Origin: Octopus sinensis
Taxonomy: Eukaryota
Length of the DNA: 64,000 bases
Assembly: GCF_006345805.1 (NCBI RefSeq)
Contig: NC_043007.1
Coordinates: 27,714,001-27,778,000 of the forward strand
Reading direction: 5' to 3'
Position numbers and translations under genes: made by a program. Shown here piece after piece: positions 25,575 to 38,729 of the stretch. Under the pieces are notes generated by a model. The model did not search any database. It saw only the letters and a program-made list of their open reading frames with translations, and was not told the origin of the DNA. Position 1 is the stretch's first letter. Each line of letters opens with the position of its first letter.

Positions 25575-27052
25575 TATATGAATATATGATACCTATTTCT
25601 TTACTATCCGCAAAGGGCTAAACACAGAGAGGACAAACAAGGACAAACAAACGGATTAAGTCGATTATATCGACCCCAGTGTGTAACTGGTACTTATTTA
25701 ATCGATCCCGAAAGGATGAAAAGCAAAGTCGATCTCGGCAGATTTTGAACTCAGAACGTAAAGACAGACGAAATACCGCTAAGCATTTCGCCCGGCGTGC
25801 TAACGTTTCTGCCAGCTCGCCGCCTTATATATGAATATATGATACCTATTTCTTTATTACCCACAAGGGGCTAAACACAGAGGGGACAAACAAGGACAGA
25901 CATAGGTATTAAGTCGTTTACATCGACCCCAGTGCGTAAGTGGTACTTAATTTATCGACCCCGAAAGGATGAAAGGCGAAGTCGACCTCGGCGGAATTTG
26001 AACTCAGAACGTAACGGCAGACGAAATACCGCTAAGCATTTCGCCCGGCGTGCTACCAATTCTGCCAGCTCGCCGCCTTATATATGAATATATGATACCA
26101 CTTATTAATACTGGTAACAATAGTGTGCGAACGAGTCATTAGTGCTCAATATACACTCAGAACGTAGCAGAAGACGAAATACATATTTCTTTACTGCCTA
26201 CAAGGGGATAAACACAGGGAGGACAAGCAAGGACAGACAAACGGATTACGTCGATTATATCGACCCCAGTGCGTAACTGGTACTTATTTAATCGACCCCG
26301 AAAGGATGAAAGTGAAAGTCAACCTCGGCGGAACTTGAACTCAGAACCTAGCAGCAGACGAATACATATTTCTTTACTACCCAGAAGGGACTAAATACAG
26401 AGAGGATAAACATGGACAGTGCGTAACTGGTACTTAATTTATCGACCCCGAAAGGATGAAAGGCAAAGTCGACCTCGGCGGAATTTGAACTCAGAAAGTA
26501 ACGGCAGACGAAATACCGCTGAGCATTTCGCCCGGCGTGCTACCAATTCTGCCAGCTCGCCGCCTTATATATGAATATATGATACCACTTATTAATACTG
26601 GTAACAATAGTGTGCGAACGAGTCATTAGTGCTCAATATACACTCAGAACGTAGCAGAAGACGAAATACATATTTCTTTACTGCCTACAAGGGGATAAAC
26701 ACAGGGAGGACAAGCAAGGACAGACAAACGGATTACGTCGATTATATCGACCCCAGTGCGTAACTGGTACTTATTTAATCGACCCCGAAAGGATGAAAGT
26801 GAAAGTCAACCTCGGCGGAACTTGAACTCAGAACCTAGCAGCAGACGAATACATATTTCTTTACTACCCAGAAGGGACTAAATACAGAGAGGATAAACAT
26901 GGACAGTGCGTAACTGGTACTTAATTTATCGACCCCGTAAGGATGAAAGGCAAAGTCGACCTCGGCGGAATTTGAACTCAGAAAGTAACAGCAGACGAAA
27001 TACCGCTGAGCATTTCGCCCGGCGTGCTAACGTTTCTGCCAACTCGCCGCCT
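25575..27052 (-). mobile_element. Array of about six SINE units including a 487-bp tandem duplication
   Basis: Repeated tatttcttta.t.cccacaaggggctaaacacaga...gccagctcgccgcc units; the block at ~26030-26516 is repeated at an offset of 487. Confidence 0.92.
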
Positions 27053-28329
27053 CATATTTATGCTAATAAAATTACTCTTAATATTGTGACTAAGTTTTTA
27101 CAGACATGAAAACTTTTAAGTAATCGATTCACAGAGTTTCAAACAGTTTTCTACAATTCCTGCGTTAAATCTTTGCATGCTTTCTAATTCAGCTTCAAAC
27201 CTAGATATTTTGGCCTCTCATTTATGCCATTTGTAAAACAATAAATTCTTTCTTGCAGGCAGTTATCCACTTCTTTTTAAATCGCAGTCACAATAGTTGA
27301 AATGTTTTTGCGCTTTCTACAACTGATTGGAAGTTAGAACATCATCAGAAACTAATATCATTAAGATCACTCAATAATTCCGTTTCAATGCTTTGAAAAT
27401 CTGTTTTCTTATGCGTTTCAAAATTAATTATTCGTTTTGTTGATTTTAGAGGTTTACAAAGTATTTAAAAGTGCATTTGACAACATGTTCTTGAAAAAAC
27501 GCTTTGATTTCCAAGACTTTTTATGTCATCAAACATAATATCAAGTATTTTCCGAAAACCGAATAAAACTGTGCTCAAGCTACTTATGTTTAAAGTGAAA
27601 TTTATAAAAAAACACTAATCTGCAAATCAACACTTTATTTCACTTTATTCTTGACAAGAACATTTTTTTTTTATCCGTCAGAAAAAGACAAATTACGACA
27701 CGCCACTGAAGTGATGGAGAACTGAAACGGAACTAATCTGCTTGTCTACAGATTACCATTTGGCAAACCGCATAATCCGTTGTCATCATAAAACCTATGT
27801 TATGAAATAAACTCAGCATGTCTTCCGATAAGACCAAACATTTCCTTCAGCAAAAATATTTCAGTTCCTTTGTGTGTGTTTAATTCAAGTTTCCTAATTA
27901 ACCAATCGTTATATATTTCATAACCTTTGCAAAATCGAACTACAATGGCTGCCCTAGAAGATGAAGTAATATATTCTCTTCCCTTTACTGACATGATGCT
28001 TTACTGACATTTATTAATCTACGTTTACTGTTAAAACCACAAGGCGCCAATTTCTTGCTGCTTTTCTGGAGAATCGTCAAACCTATAAGAAAACGGTGCG
28101 GCAGAAATCACGCTCTTTTGCATTTGCGTTTTCTAGTTGTTTCTAATTGACCGTTTTTGTTTCCTAAAACTTCTGCGATTTCTTTCATTAGTTTATTAAT
28201 CATGTCTTTCAGTAATGCAGTAAACTGGTATTCAATAACAAAAATTACTTGATAAACATTTATATACTATTAAAATTATTAAGTGCAGAAAGGGCGTTAC
28301 TTCAGCGTATATACATATATATATATATA

Positions 28330-28470
28330 TATATAACGGAAGGTTTACGAAAATAAACAAAAGACGAAGGCAGGTGGAGTACAAACAAATAATGTATTAG
28401 TATGGCGCTCAGGAATAGAAATAAAACAAGTCTTTTACGTTTCGAGCCTACGCTCTTCGACGGAAAGATA
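28330..28470 (-). mobile_element. Putative PLE pseudo-LTR fragment with hammerhead-like variant motif
   Basis: Minus strand tcttt-CCGUCGA-a-gagc-gtag-gctc-GAAA-c-GUA-aaaga (28430-28468); its 3' side runs into (TA)n. Confidence 0.5.
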
Positions 28471-28862
28471 CACGTGATGGCGCGTGGCCTAGCCGTTTGG
28501 TTGTTGCACTCACGGTCACTAGATTTTGGGTTCAATTCCCACAAATGGTGGCGCGTTGTGCTCTCGATCAAAACACTTCATATCACATTGCTCTAGCTTT
28601 CATAAAATTCTACATTATCATCAATGGAGTGAGTTTCTATGAAATTTTACGTTACGCATATTTAATTTGTCGCCAATTGGAACGAGTCTGAAATTGCAAT
28701 CGTTGAATTATTAAAACGCTATAACATGTTGAAGCAATTTTATTTCCCAAATGTTAGGTAATATAACGCCTATACACAGACATTGCCATCTAGTAAATTA
28801 GTAAATATCCTTTTAACCGAAATCTATAATTTTTTTATTTACCTTTACCAAGTTATAGACGA

Positions 28863-29208
28863 CTAGCAGTATCGCCCGGCGTTGCTCAGGTTTGTAAGGG
28901 AAATAACTATAAAGCATTTTTAGAGAGTTATAGCCAAAAAATAGCAAAAAAATGATGGTAAATTTTCTTTGAGTTAAAAAAGGTTGAGTTGCGTCCCCTA
29001 GACAGTCTGTGGTTTGTTTCTGATTCTCGACCCCATGTCGATTTTATCGATTTTTTTCAGAACTGGGGACTGCGGTAGTTTTGAATTATGACATTGGGGT
29101 ATGTGTGTGTCAAGTTTCATCAGAATCGGTTGAAAGCCGTGGTCAGCGTAGGTACAAGCAAACAGAAACACAGAAACACGCACAGACAACTGCCGTTATA
29201 TATAGAGA
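28863..29208 (-). mobile_element. Non-autonomous Helitron-like element
   Basis: Minus strand starts TC(tctatatataacggcagttg) and ends ...gcaacgccgggcgatactgCTAG; homologous to 7441-7951. Confidence 0.85.
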
Positions 29209-30024
29209 GATTATCACCCTACATTTCACTAGCATCGACATTGGTACATGTCTTAACTAAACAATATTTAGATATGGTAAGTTTGATTACCATATATTTT
29301 ACAATACTGTGTTGTTCTCTTGTAGGAACTATACAAAAATATCTGAAACATTCTAAGAACTTAGAATTAGTACTGTTCACGCTTTAAATACATTCGTTTA
29401 ATTGTTTAAACGCAGACTCATTTTATGTTCCAGCAGTAATTATATTTATTTAATTACTGAGCTTGCAACATACAGTTTTCTCGTGAAACCATCAATTTAT
29501 TAAGTTTCGCCAAGTTTTTCTTTACTCTAAATATGTCTCAAATTTTTCAGCCTCTTCTAAATTGAGCAGATTACAAGGTAAGAGTGTCAACAACTATAGC
29601 AGACGATAGAAAACCTGTATTTTATTTATCTCTCTTCTATTTTAAAGCCATTCAATTTTAACCTATAATAATTTATATTTTAATATGCATTCCAATTTAT
29701 ACAATTCCATAGACACTCTCTCTCATAATTTTGACATTATATGTTTTCTTTATAATCTATTTGATTAGATAATACCAGTATTTTAAAAGATGGCGTACTG
29801 TCCTCACTAGCAGCATGTAATTTACAAGCACACGTTTTATTGATTTGACACATCTTTGCATAAGATAAATCTGTTGAAAGTCATTTGTATATTCATATCT
29901 TCACATTATATTTATATATATGTAAATCAGTTGAAGTTTTCTTTACAAGAAAATCAATATCGTCTCTTCTATCAATTATATTTATTTACTGTCTACTTTT
30001 AGTTAACATAGACACATGAATAAT

Positions 30025-30104
<80 letters not shown>

Positions 30105-30257
30105 GTGTGTGTGGTATGTCTGTATGCGCATGTTTGTGTGTTTAATACATATATACATATATTATATAAGTAAATGCATGATTATGAGCATATGAACGTA
30201 TAGATATTGGTCTATATATGCATACATGCAAATTTATACATATATGTATATATACGT

Positions 30258-30298
<41 letters not shown>

Positions 30299-30334
30299 AG
30301 TGTGAGAGAGAGACATATACTTATATATACATAG

Positions 30335-30352
30335 AGATAGATAAATAGATAA

Positions 30353-30438
<86 letters not shown>
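30335..30438. repeat. (GATA)n tetranucleotide microsatellite
   Basis: Direct observation. Confidence 0.95.
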
Positions 30439-30439
<1 letters not shown>

Positions 30440-32096
30440 CGGAGTTGGATAGATAGATATAGATATAAATATACATATACATATATCGATATATCCATAC
30501 ATATATATATATATATATATAATTTGGTAACTGGCGTCCTACGTGTACCATTCGTCTGGTAGAATGCAAAGATATCAAAACATAAAATGAGCGTAGAGCC
30601 ACAGGGAAATAACTGACCAAAATATAAAACGGACGATGTCCAATATGTATGCATACGGTATTACATGTGGGAATATGGAAATCTATAAATTAAATGTTGG
30701 AACTATAGATTCAACGAGGAGTAATGATGTAATAAATTATTATAATGGTGTATTTTACCCCGCAGTCTGATGTGTAATTTGAATCACTGCGAAGGTCAAA
30801 CATGGCGAGTTTGAAAACTTAAACGAAATATAAAATAGTAAAACAAAAGTACATCTAACGTATTCAAGTAATAATTGATCGGATTTTGGCACATAACCAG
30901 CAATTTCAGCAGTAGCTTTTAGAAAATCGATTACAGCCATTTAGGTACTTGACCAGTACTTCATTTTATCGATCCTGAAAATGTGAAAAGCATAGTTGAC
31001 ATTATCGGGAATTGAGGGCAGATTGTAAAATGCCCGAACGAATGTTGTAAATATTGTTTTACATGATTTAACATTACTGAAATCATAAGCAATTGGAGGA
31101 AAAAATTACTTGCATTTAATGTTTCGGTGAAATTAGAAATCACAAGGAAAACCTGCAGCCGCTCAGTATTTGAAATATTCGGTTTAAGATTGATATTTAT
31201 CTAGAAACATTGGTTTTCACTTATGCATAGCAAGCATTTCATCGAATAGCGGTGGACTCGTGCCGCTGTAGAATTGCTATACCAAGATACACATGTGGGC
31301 TTTGAAAAGAACTGAACGATTTGTTATTTCTTTTTTTTTGCAATTGCCAGTGGAGCTTGGATAATTTAATTAAGTGCTGTTTTCTAGATATGTAAAATAA
31401 TTTCCTGCCTGTAATCTTATTTTCAGGCTGTCTCTCTGGCTCAGTGTGTGTGAGGGTTATTATCGACCTGGCAATTACCACTGTATACAATATTTTGGTG
31501 AGACAGATGCCATTGAGGGTATAGTTACGAAAATATATATAATTCCTCTTAGGCTTAGCATTATATCCTTTAGATTTATCGAGTGGTTGCTCACATTAGG
31601 ATGGGTAACGACAAGGCAAAATTCTTTCCATATGAAAAACTAACTTTGGCAGTTCTGTGAAATATTTTGTGAGAAATTTCCTAAATACGCAAATTAAGAA
31701 ACGTTCAGCTACATTTCTACTTAATGTGGGATTAAACAACAAACTATTATAATTTCACGTCCTGTGAGAAGGTCCATTGGAGTTATTTTCAGTGCAGCCA
31801 TAACTGATATGCAAATACAAGGCGCTATACCTAAACATTCCTATGTTTTCGAACAATATTCTTATTGAATTATTCATTTATGATATATAAATTTTAAAAA
31901 TTATTTACTTGTCTTTCTGACACTCATTCAATTTTACTTTTAGTTTCCTTTTTCTTCCTTTTACATTTTTTTTTTCTCAAAATCTTATTTTTTTAAAACG
32001 ACAAATTTTACTTCTCTGCGTTAAAGATGTCTATCACCATGTTTATTTACGAATTCTGTTAAAGTCGACTTTGACACGCTTTTAAATATCATATTA

Positions 32097-32154
<58 letters not shown>

Positions 32155-32167
32155 TACTATTATTATT

Positions 32168-32216
<49 letters not shown>

Positions 32217-32644
32217 TATTATTATTGTAAGCCTCAATCGCTTTTTATCCAGCAAAATCTAATAATTTCTAAAACTCATAATCACCTGTCATAAATCAGC
32301 TTTAAATGTTTGTTTGATGACTTACTAAATACTTATCACTGCACTGTTTATAAACATTCGCAAGACAGGTTCAACGTACAATTCTCTATCGTGATCATTG
32401 GTGATGTGAAGCCTGGTAACAGTTTATGAATTGATGAAGAGTTTTCCTCTTCAACACACACATACACACACACGTAGCAATATATATATATATATATTTT
32501 TGTTGTTATTATTATTATCATTATTGTTTTTACGTATTTTTGTATTTTTACTCGTGTAACATCGTCCGTTTTTCCGTCTTTGTTTTGTATACATTCGAGG
32601 CTTTATTCCAAGGAATCTAATGCGCTTGGCTTAGATTTTCCTTT

Positions 32645-32810
32645 GGGGCCGGCCAGATCGGATCAATCTCAAGATTAATCAGCCGAAATTGCTACGATGA
32701 CCCGGTTCTTGGCTGAAGATTGAAGGCTTCGAATGTCCCGTCCGTGTTTTTTGTATCGTCTTCTAAATGTTTTACGTTCTTGTCACAGTTTGTATTTTTT
32801 ACATATAATT

Positions 32811-32851
<41 letters not shown>

Positions 32852-32859
32852 TATATATA

Positions 32860-32897
<38 letters not shown>

Positions 32898-33394
32898 TAT
32901 GAAGTGATAAAGTAAAGCACTCCGATATAAAAAAGCGACTCGGCGTGTTATTTGTGTTTTGTCATTGTTACTTGATGCGTGTTCTGTCAAGAACGTATTA
33001 GATTACAAATAGAGCTCGTTCACCCTTAGAATTCTCAAATAGCCCCTAGTATTATTATGGTGTGATACCAATTCTAGTTTTAGGTATTCCTCATATGTGA
33101 AAATTCTACAGGCTATTCGGGAATTCTAAGGGTGAACGAGCTCTATTTGTACTCTAATACGTTCTTTACAGAGCACACATCTGTATATATATATATATAT
33201 ATAATACAGAATGAGACAAGAACGCAAAACATCCGGACATCTAGGTGATACAAAAATGGGACAACAAAACATCCAGATAGACGATTCAAAAAACAAGGAC
33301 GGGTCATTCGAAACGTTTATCTTCAGTTAAGAACCGGATCATCCTCGCAATTTCGGATGATCAATGCTGAGATTACTCCAATCTGGCCAGCCCC
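32645..33394. repeat. Diverged inverted pair of a short interspersed repeat (32645-32795 + / 33203-33394 -)
   Basis: ggggccggccagatcgg..aatctc..ccgaaattgc..gatga.ccggttctt..ctgaagat..ttcgaatg.cccgtcc..gttttttg.atcgtc is present in opposite orientations; roughly 75-80% similar by eye. Confidence 0.8.
32977..33178. mobile_element. Palindromic MITE-like element, 68-bp arms
   Basis: 32977-33044 is the reverse complement of 33111-33178 with about 7 mismatches (aagaacgtattaga.tacaaatagagctcgttcacccttagaattc). Confidence 0.8.
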
Positions 33395-33426
<32 letters not shown>

Positions 33427-34294
33427 CGTGGTCTAATCAATAAGCATCTAAACTGTTGTCATAGTAGCCAACCTTAAGCAATCACAGTAAAGCCGCTAGA
33501 TACAAATCGAACTTGAACTCTGTTGTGCTGGCGCACAAAGTTTTAACGTTCTATCTCACTTCTGCCGTTTACAGTAGTACATGGAAGGAAGGTTTATAGC
33601 GAGTGATCGTCGCATTGATATTGACAGAAAATGTTGAACAGAGAATCTGCATTAAATTTTGCCAAAAGCTTGGCAATACCTGCTCAGAGTCCTACGCAAA
33701 GGTTTCAAATTGTTTTCATTGTTCTCTATACAGTCAAGTAGATCTTATTCAAGTGCAACCTCAGTGCCTTTTGGGTCAGCTGCAAGCAGTTTTGACACAG
33801 ACTTGGCATGCACGCGTCACCTATCCAAATCTTCAGTGATAATGGACTGAACTGAACCGTAACTAATATGTACATTCTCTGATATCTCACCGATTGTGAT
33901 TCAACGTGTTCCTCTCACAGCTTCACGCACATCTATTCCGTTGGGTGCGGGTCTTCCTGAATATTCATCAATATCGCCATTTTTTCGGCCATCTTGGAAA
34001 CGTCTGAAGCACTTGTACACTTGTTTACGATGTATACACTCCTCTCCATACACTTTCTGCAAGTTTGCTGAGGCCTATGAGCAGGTATCGCCTTGACAAC
34101 TTTCTCTGTTAATGTCAATGCTATGATCTCACGCTACATACCTTCTTTCCAGCGAAAGTAATCCACAGGGTTAAAACTTAGTGCGCATGCACAGTAGAGT
34201 GCGTTCAAAGTCAATTTTGGTGAAGCAGTTTTGCTCTGCGTGCTTTAGCGTCGTTATTATGGCAACTGTCCAGATACTTATTGACCAGACCTCG
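33427..34294. mobile_element. Non-autonomous mariner made of two inward-facing 5' ends
   Basis: TA-flanked degenerate TIRs (cgtggtctaatcaataagcatct / reverse complement cgaggtctggtcaataagtatct). Plus strand gives LTENVEQRICIKFCQKLG; minus strand gives RFQDGR..DEYSGRP..ISYGSVQSIITEDL..AKSVSKLL. Confidence 0.85.
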
Positions 34295-34523
34295 TATATA
34301 TTTATATCGTTTATCCTTTCTTTTCTCTTTTTCTAGTTTTTTTAACTGCAGCTATGCTGGGACAGCGACTCAAAGGCTTTTATTCGAATGAAGTGAACCG
34401 AATAATTATTTTAAACTCTGGCACAAAATCTGTTTCGGTTTTTGCCAACCCGCTAAGTTGGTTTGTTTGAGAGAACATAAACAAACTTACACACAGAGAC
34501 ACACACATACAGTATATATATAT

Positions 34524-34624
34524 GCTTTATTAAAAAGCAGCAAAAAAAAAACTGTTACTCAGAGTTTTACGTTCTCGTTCGTCGGACAGTTTTTTTGATA
34601 TTTTTGTTGCATTTTAATAAGACA
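34524..34624 (-). ncRNA. Hammerhead-like variant motif with long stem I
   Basis: Minus strand ctgt-CCGACGA-acg-agaa-cgt-AAAA-ctc-t-gag-UA-acag (34552-34589), flanked by a ~30-bp imperfect inverted repeat. Confidence 0.5.
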
Positions 34625-35289
34625 TAATACTCTACCTCTGGTATTCGCGTACTATTTTTTCCCTCTTGTTTCGCATTTATGTGCTTACTCTGATATATAT
34701 ATATATATATCGAACCCCACTTGATCGGGTCCAGGTTATAGTTGAAGAAATTTTCATTGGTTGCCAGATGGTGGGACTGCGACCAGAACCACCTGGTTTC
34801 GAACCCAATTTAGTACCACACACCCACGCCTGAAATATATCGATTTTCCTTAAAAGCAGCGTCAAAAGAATAAATATATTGATATGTTCATGTCCGAAGA
34901 CAATGCCAGCTTATAAAAGAATTACAATTTTATTGCAATTCAGCTGTTGTGATATTTATTTAGTCAATATAATTCCCATTTATTTAGAAATTTGAACAAT
35001 ATGGAGAAGAAATTGTAAAGTCTATATGTTTCAATTACAGTAATGTTAATCTGTTATAAACAGAAATAAATTGAATCAAGCGATTATAACACGGTTTTTA
35101 TATAAAATTGATGGAAATATGGCATGTCGACTTGTTCTTTGCACCCAGCGGGAATTCTATATTTGAAGCTTACGAAAAACAACAGAAGTAATAGTAAGAT
35201 CAGCACAAATTAAAGGACGATGTCAATTAATGAACACGTGGTTACAGATAACACTTCGGACCTGAATGACCATAGGGTGGCACCGAGAA

Positions 35290-35578
35290 AGTTCGCCCGC
35301 AAGGCACAAGACCGAGTAGGGTTGTTTATGGGAGACCATCAATCACTCATGCATGCCAGACTCCCGTGTTCGCTCAACTAATATTATCAAAGAGAAAGGC
35401 AAATGCCAATACACTTCAGTAGCAATGAGGTCAGAATTCGTTTCTAGAGTTCAGTGAACTGGAGCGAAGTGGAATAAAGTGTCCTGCTCAAGAACAAAAT
35501 AAATAGACTCGTGCGGGTATTGAACTCCCTACTTCGTGATTGCGAGCCCAGCGTACAATCCACTGAGTCATGCGCTTT
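35290..35578 (-). mobile_element. Degenerate CORE-like tRNA SINE
   Basis: Reverse strand gcgcatgactcagtggattgtacgctgggctcgcaatcacgaagtagggagttcaatacc..ttgagcaggacactttattccac; related to 8190-8478. Confidence 0.65.
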
Positions 35579-35629
35579 CACATGGTATATCATGTTTTCC
35601 CACGTCCATACATAGCACATATCTTTTTG

Positions 35630-36027
35630 GTTCTTTTCTAGGTACGAGGCCTGAAACTTGTGGGGAGGAGCCAGTCGATCAGATCGACCCCAGTGCGCAA
35701 CTGGTACTTAATTTATCGACCCCGAAAGAATTAAAGGCAAAGTCGACCTCGGTGGAATTTGAACTCAGAATGTAGCGGCAGACAAAATACCTATTTCTTT
35801 ACTACCCACAAGGGGCTAAACGCAGAAGGGACAAACAAGGATAGACAAACGGATTAAGTAGATTATATCGACCCCAGTGCGTAACTGGTACTTATTTAAT
35901 CGACACCGAAAAGATGAAAGTGAAAGTCGACCTCGGCGGAATTTGAACTCAGAACGTAGCGTAACGGCTGACGAAATACGGCTACACATTTCGCCCGGCG
36001 TGCTAACGATTCTACCAGCTCGCCGCC
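35630..36027 (-). mobile_element. Dimer of the dominant tRNA SINE
   Basis: Two units joined at aaaatac|ctatttc (35784-35797). Confidence 0.9.
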
Positions 36028-36029
36028 TC

Positions 36030-36540
<511 letters not shown>

Positions 36541-37499
36541 TGTTAGTGTGAGTCTGTATATATGTATATATGTGAACTTCCGAGTATGTATTTGTGCATA
36601 TGTGTACGCTTGTGCCTGTTAATCTGTGTGCTGCAAACCGCGTGCGTTTGCGCAGAGAATCACACTTGAAGCTAGAGAAAGCCCTCTGTAGATAAGTGAT
36701 TTTTCGAACTAAAATCAAACACTTGAAATCTTAATGTATATATTAGCATCTTAAACGAAACCAAACGAATGCAAACGAACCGCGCCGTTCCACAGAGATT
36801 AGATATAATCACACGGTAATGTTTCCCTCAAACTCCTACATACAAATCTATCATTAAGTTGCACTTCTAAAGCAAGCTTATGTTTGCAATTAAATGTTCC
36901 ACCTACCAGCTTATTCATAAATTGTCTTAATAGTAAAATTTGTAAAAACTATTCATTTTCAAGTTTCCATAAGTTGAATATCAATGGGATTTAGTCAGCA
37001 TTTCCGACTTAAAAACAATTACCTTTCTAACACTCATAATGAAACGTATACGACATTAGCAATAATAACAATAATGAGAGGAAGGAGATGATGGGGGCGA
37101 CTAGGATATTGATCATCTCGACTACGACGGCCGTGGTGGTGGTAGTAACTACAATAATGTTTTCTAGTTTTGATACACGGCCAGCAGTTGTTTTTGTTTT
37201 TGTTCTTTTGATGGGGGAGGTGGTTACATGGATATCCGGTGTTCGACTGTCAGATTTTTAATCGACCCCGAACGGATGAAAGGCGAAGTTGATCTCGGCG
37301 GAGTTTCGACTCAGAATGTGGAGACGGGTGAACGCCATTAAGCAGATTCCTCGGTGCGCTGATGGTTAAATAATAATAATAATAACAACAACAAAAACAA
37401 CAACAACAACAACAACAACAATAATAATAATAATAATAATAATGATAATAATAATATTCTTCTTATTGTTATTATTATTAACAGCCATATTACCAGCCA

Positions 37500-37994
37500 C
37501 TGAACGCCACTAGCCCAGAAGAGACGCCACGATAATATAGCCAGGATTGTCCATTGCACGCTTTGCAACAAGTATGGACCACAAACCCAAAGGCTTGACC
37601 GAAAATGATAATGCAAAGACACTATGGGATTTTATGATTCAGTGCGACCATGAGATAGAGAATAGGTAGCCAGACATAGTCTTAATTAAGACAAAAAACC
37701 TATGCTGGATCATTTATATATCATACCCAACTGACAACAAGGTATGCGATAAGGAAGAAAGAAAAGTCGTGAGATGTGACAGTTTAGCTTGGGAAGTTAT
37801 GGTCGATGAAAAAGGTAGCAGTAGTATCAATAAATGTCGGAGCCCTGGGAACAGTGATCAAAAATCACGAGGTGTACGCGGAAGAAATAGGGGCTGCAAT
37901 AAGGGTGGAGCACTTGCAAAAAACAGCACTGCTTGGAACCGTAGAAAATACTCCGGAAACATCTAAAAATATTAGAGAAATCTTGAGAAATTAG
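37500..37994 (+). mobile_element. 3' fragment of an R4/Dong-like non-LTR retrotransposon (restriction-like endonuclease domain), decayed
   Basis: RRHDNIARIVH.TLCNKY..ENDNAKTLWDFMIQCDHEIENR*PDIVLI..C.II....P.D..V..KE..K..VGALGTV..LQKTALLGT: RHD zinc-knuckle plus PD-(D/E)xK pattern. Confidence 0.85.
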
Positions 37995-38729
37995 GCTTCT
38001 CATAACCAGAAAGAAGAAAGCTGATTCGAAGACTACAGGTCCAATCCAACACTGGAACTGTAAAAATCTGTAAAACTTTCCAGAAGTTTATCATTTACAT
38101 ATATATGAGTATGTATAGATATGTAAATATACGCATGAGAATACATACATATAACATACAAATCTGCACATACAAAATACAAAAATACAAAAATACCCTG
38201 TTGTTGATGTTGATATTCTAATGAAGGAAAATTAGATGTAGGTTAGAAACCGGTTCTTTTTCTATTGGCAAGAAATCTTGAAATAAACCGAATAAGGACG
38301 TACATACATACACATAGCCAATAAGTACGAAACATATATGGTGTATGGTGTTTAATATTAGACTAAGAAAATATCATATACGAAATGTAAGGTCAAGCTA
38401 CATTTTTGTTTTTTTGTAAGTAATTACGTGTTTCGATATCGTATTTGAAATGTAAGAGTTATTCTATTGTTCCAACAGTTAGGAAACGGTATGAGATAAA
38501 ATTAAAGACATACAGTGTACACATTACAGTCTGAAATCAAAATTGAATGAAGTTTAGAAGACACGTAACAAAGGATTAAATGAAGAATATAGGATTAAAT
38601 ATTATTTGGCATGGATAAAGAGCTTTTGTTTTCGAAAAACTATATATCACTTAACAATTATTTTAAAGGCGCTGAATTTTTAATGCGTTGTTAGACGTAA
38701 CATTAATTCTTACATAAAGCTTAAGGTAT

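Noticed and set aside
24300-27052. Regularly repeated units resembling a CRISPR or tRNA cluster
   Set aside because: These are eukaryotic SINE multimers, with no repeat-spacer structure and no complete cloverleaf.
32700-32745. CUGAAGA...GAAU motif in the 32645/33394 repeat
   Set aside because: No GAAA and no stem I complementarity, so not called a ribozyme.
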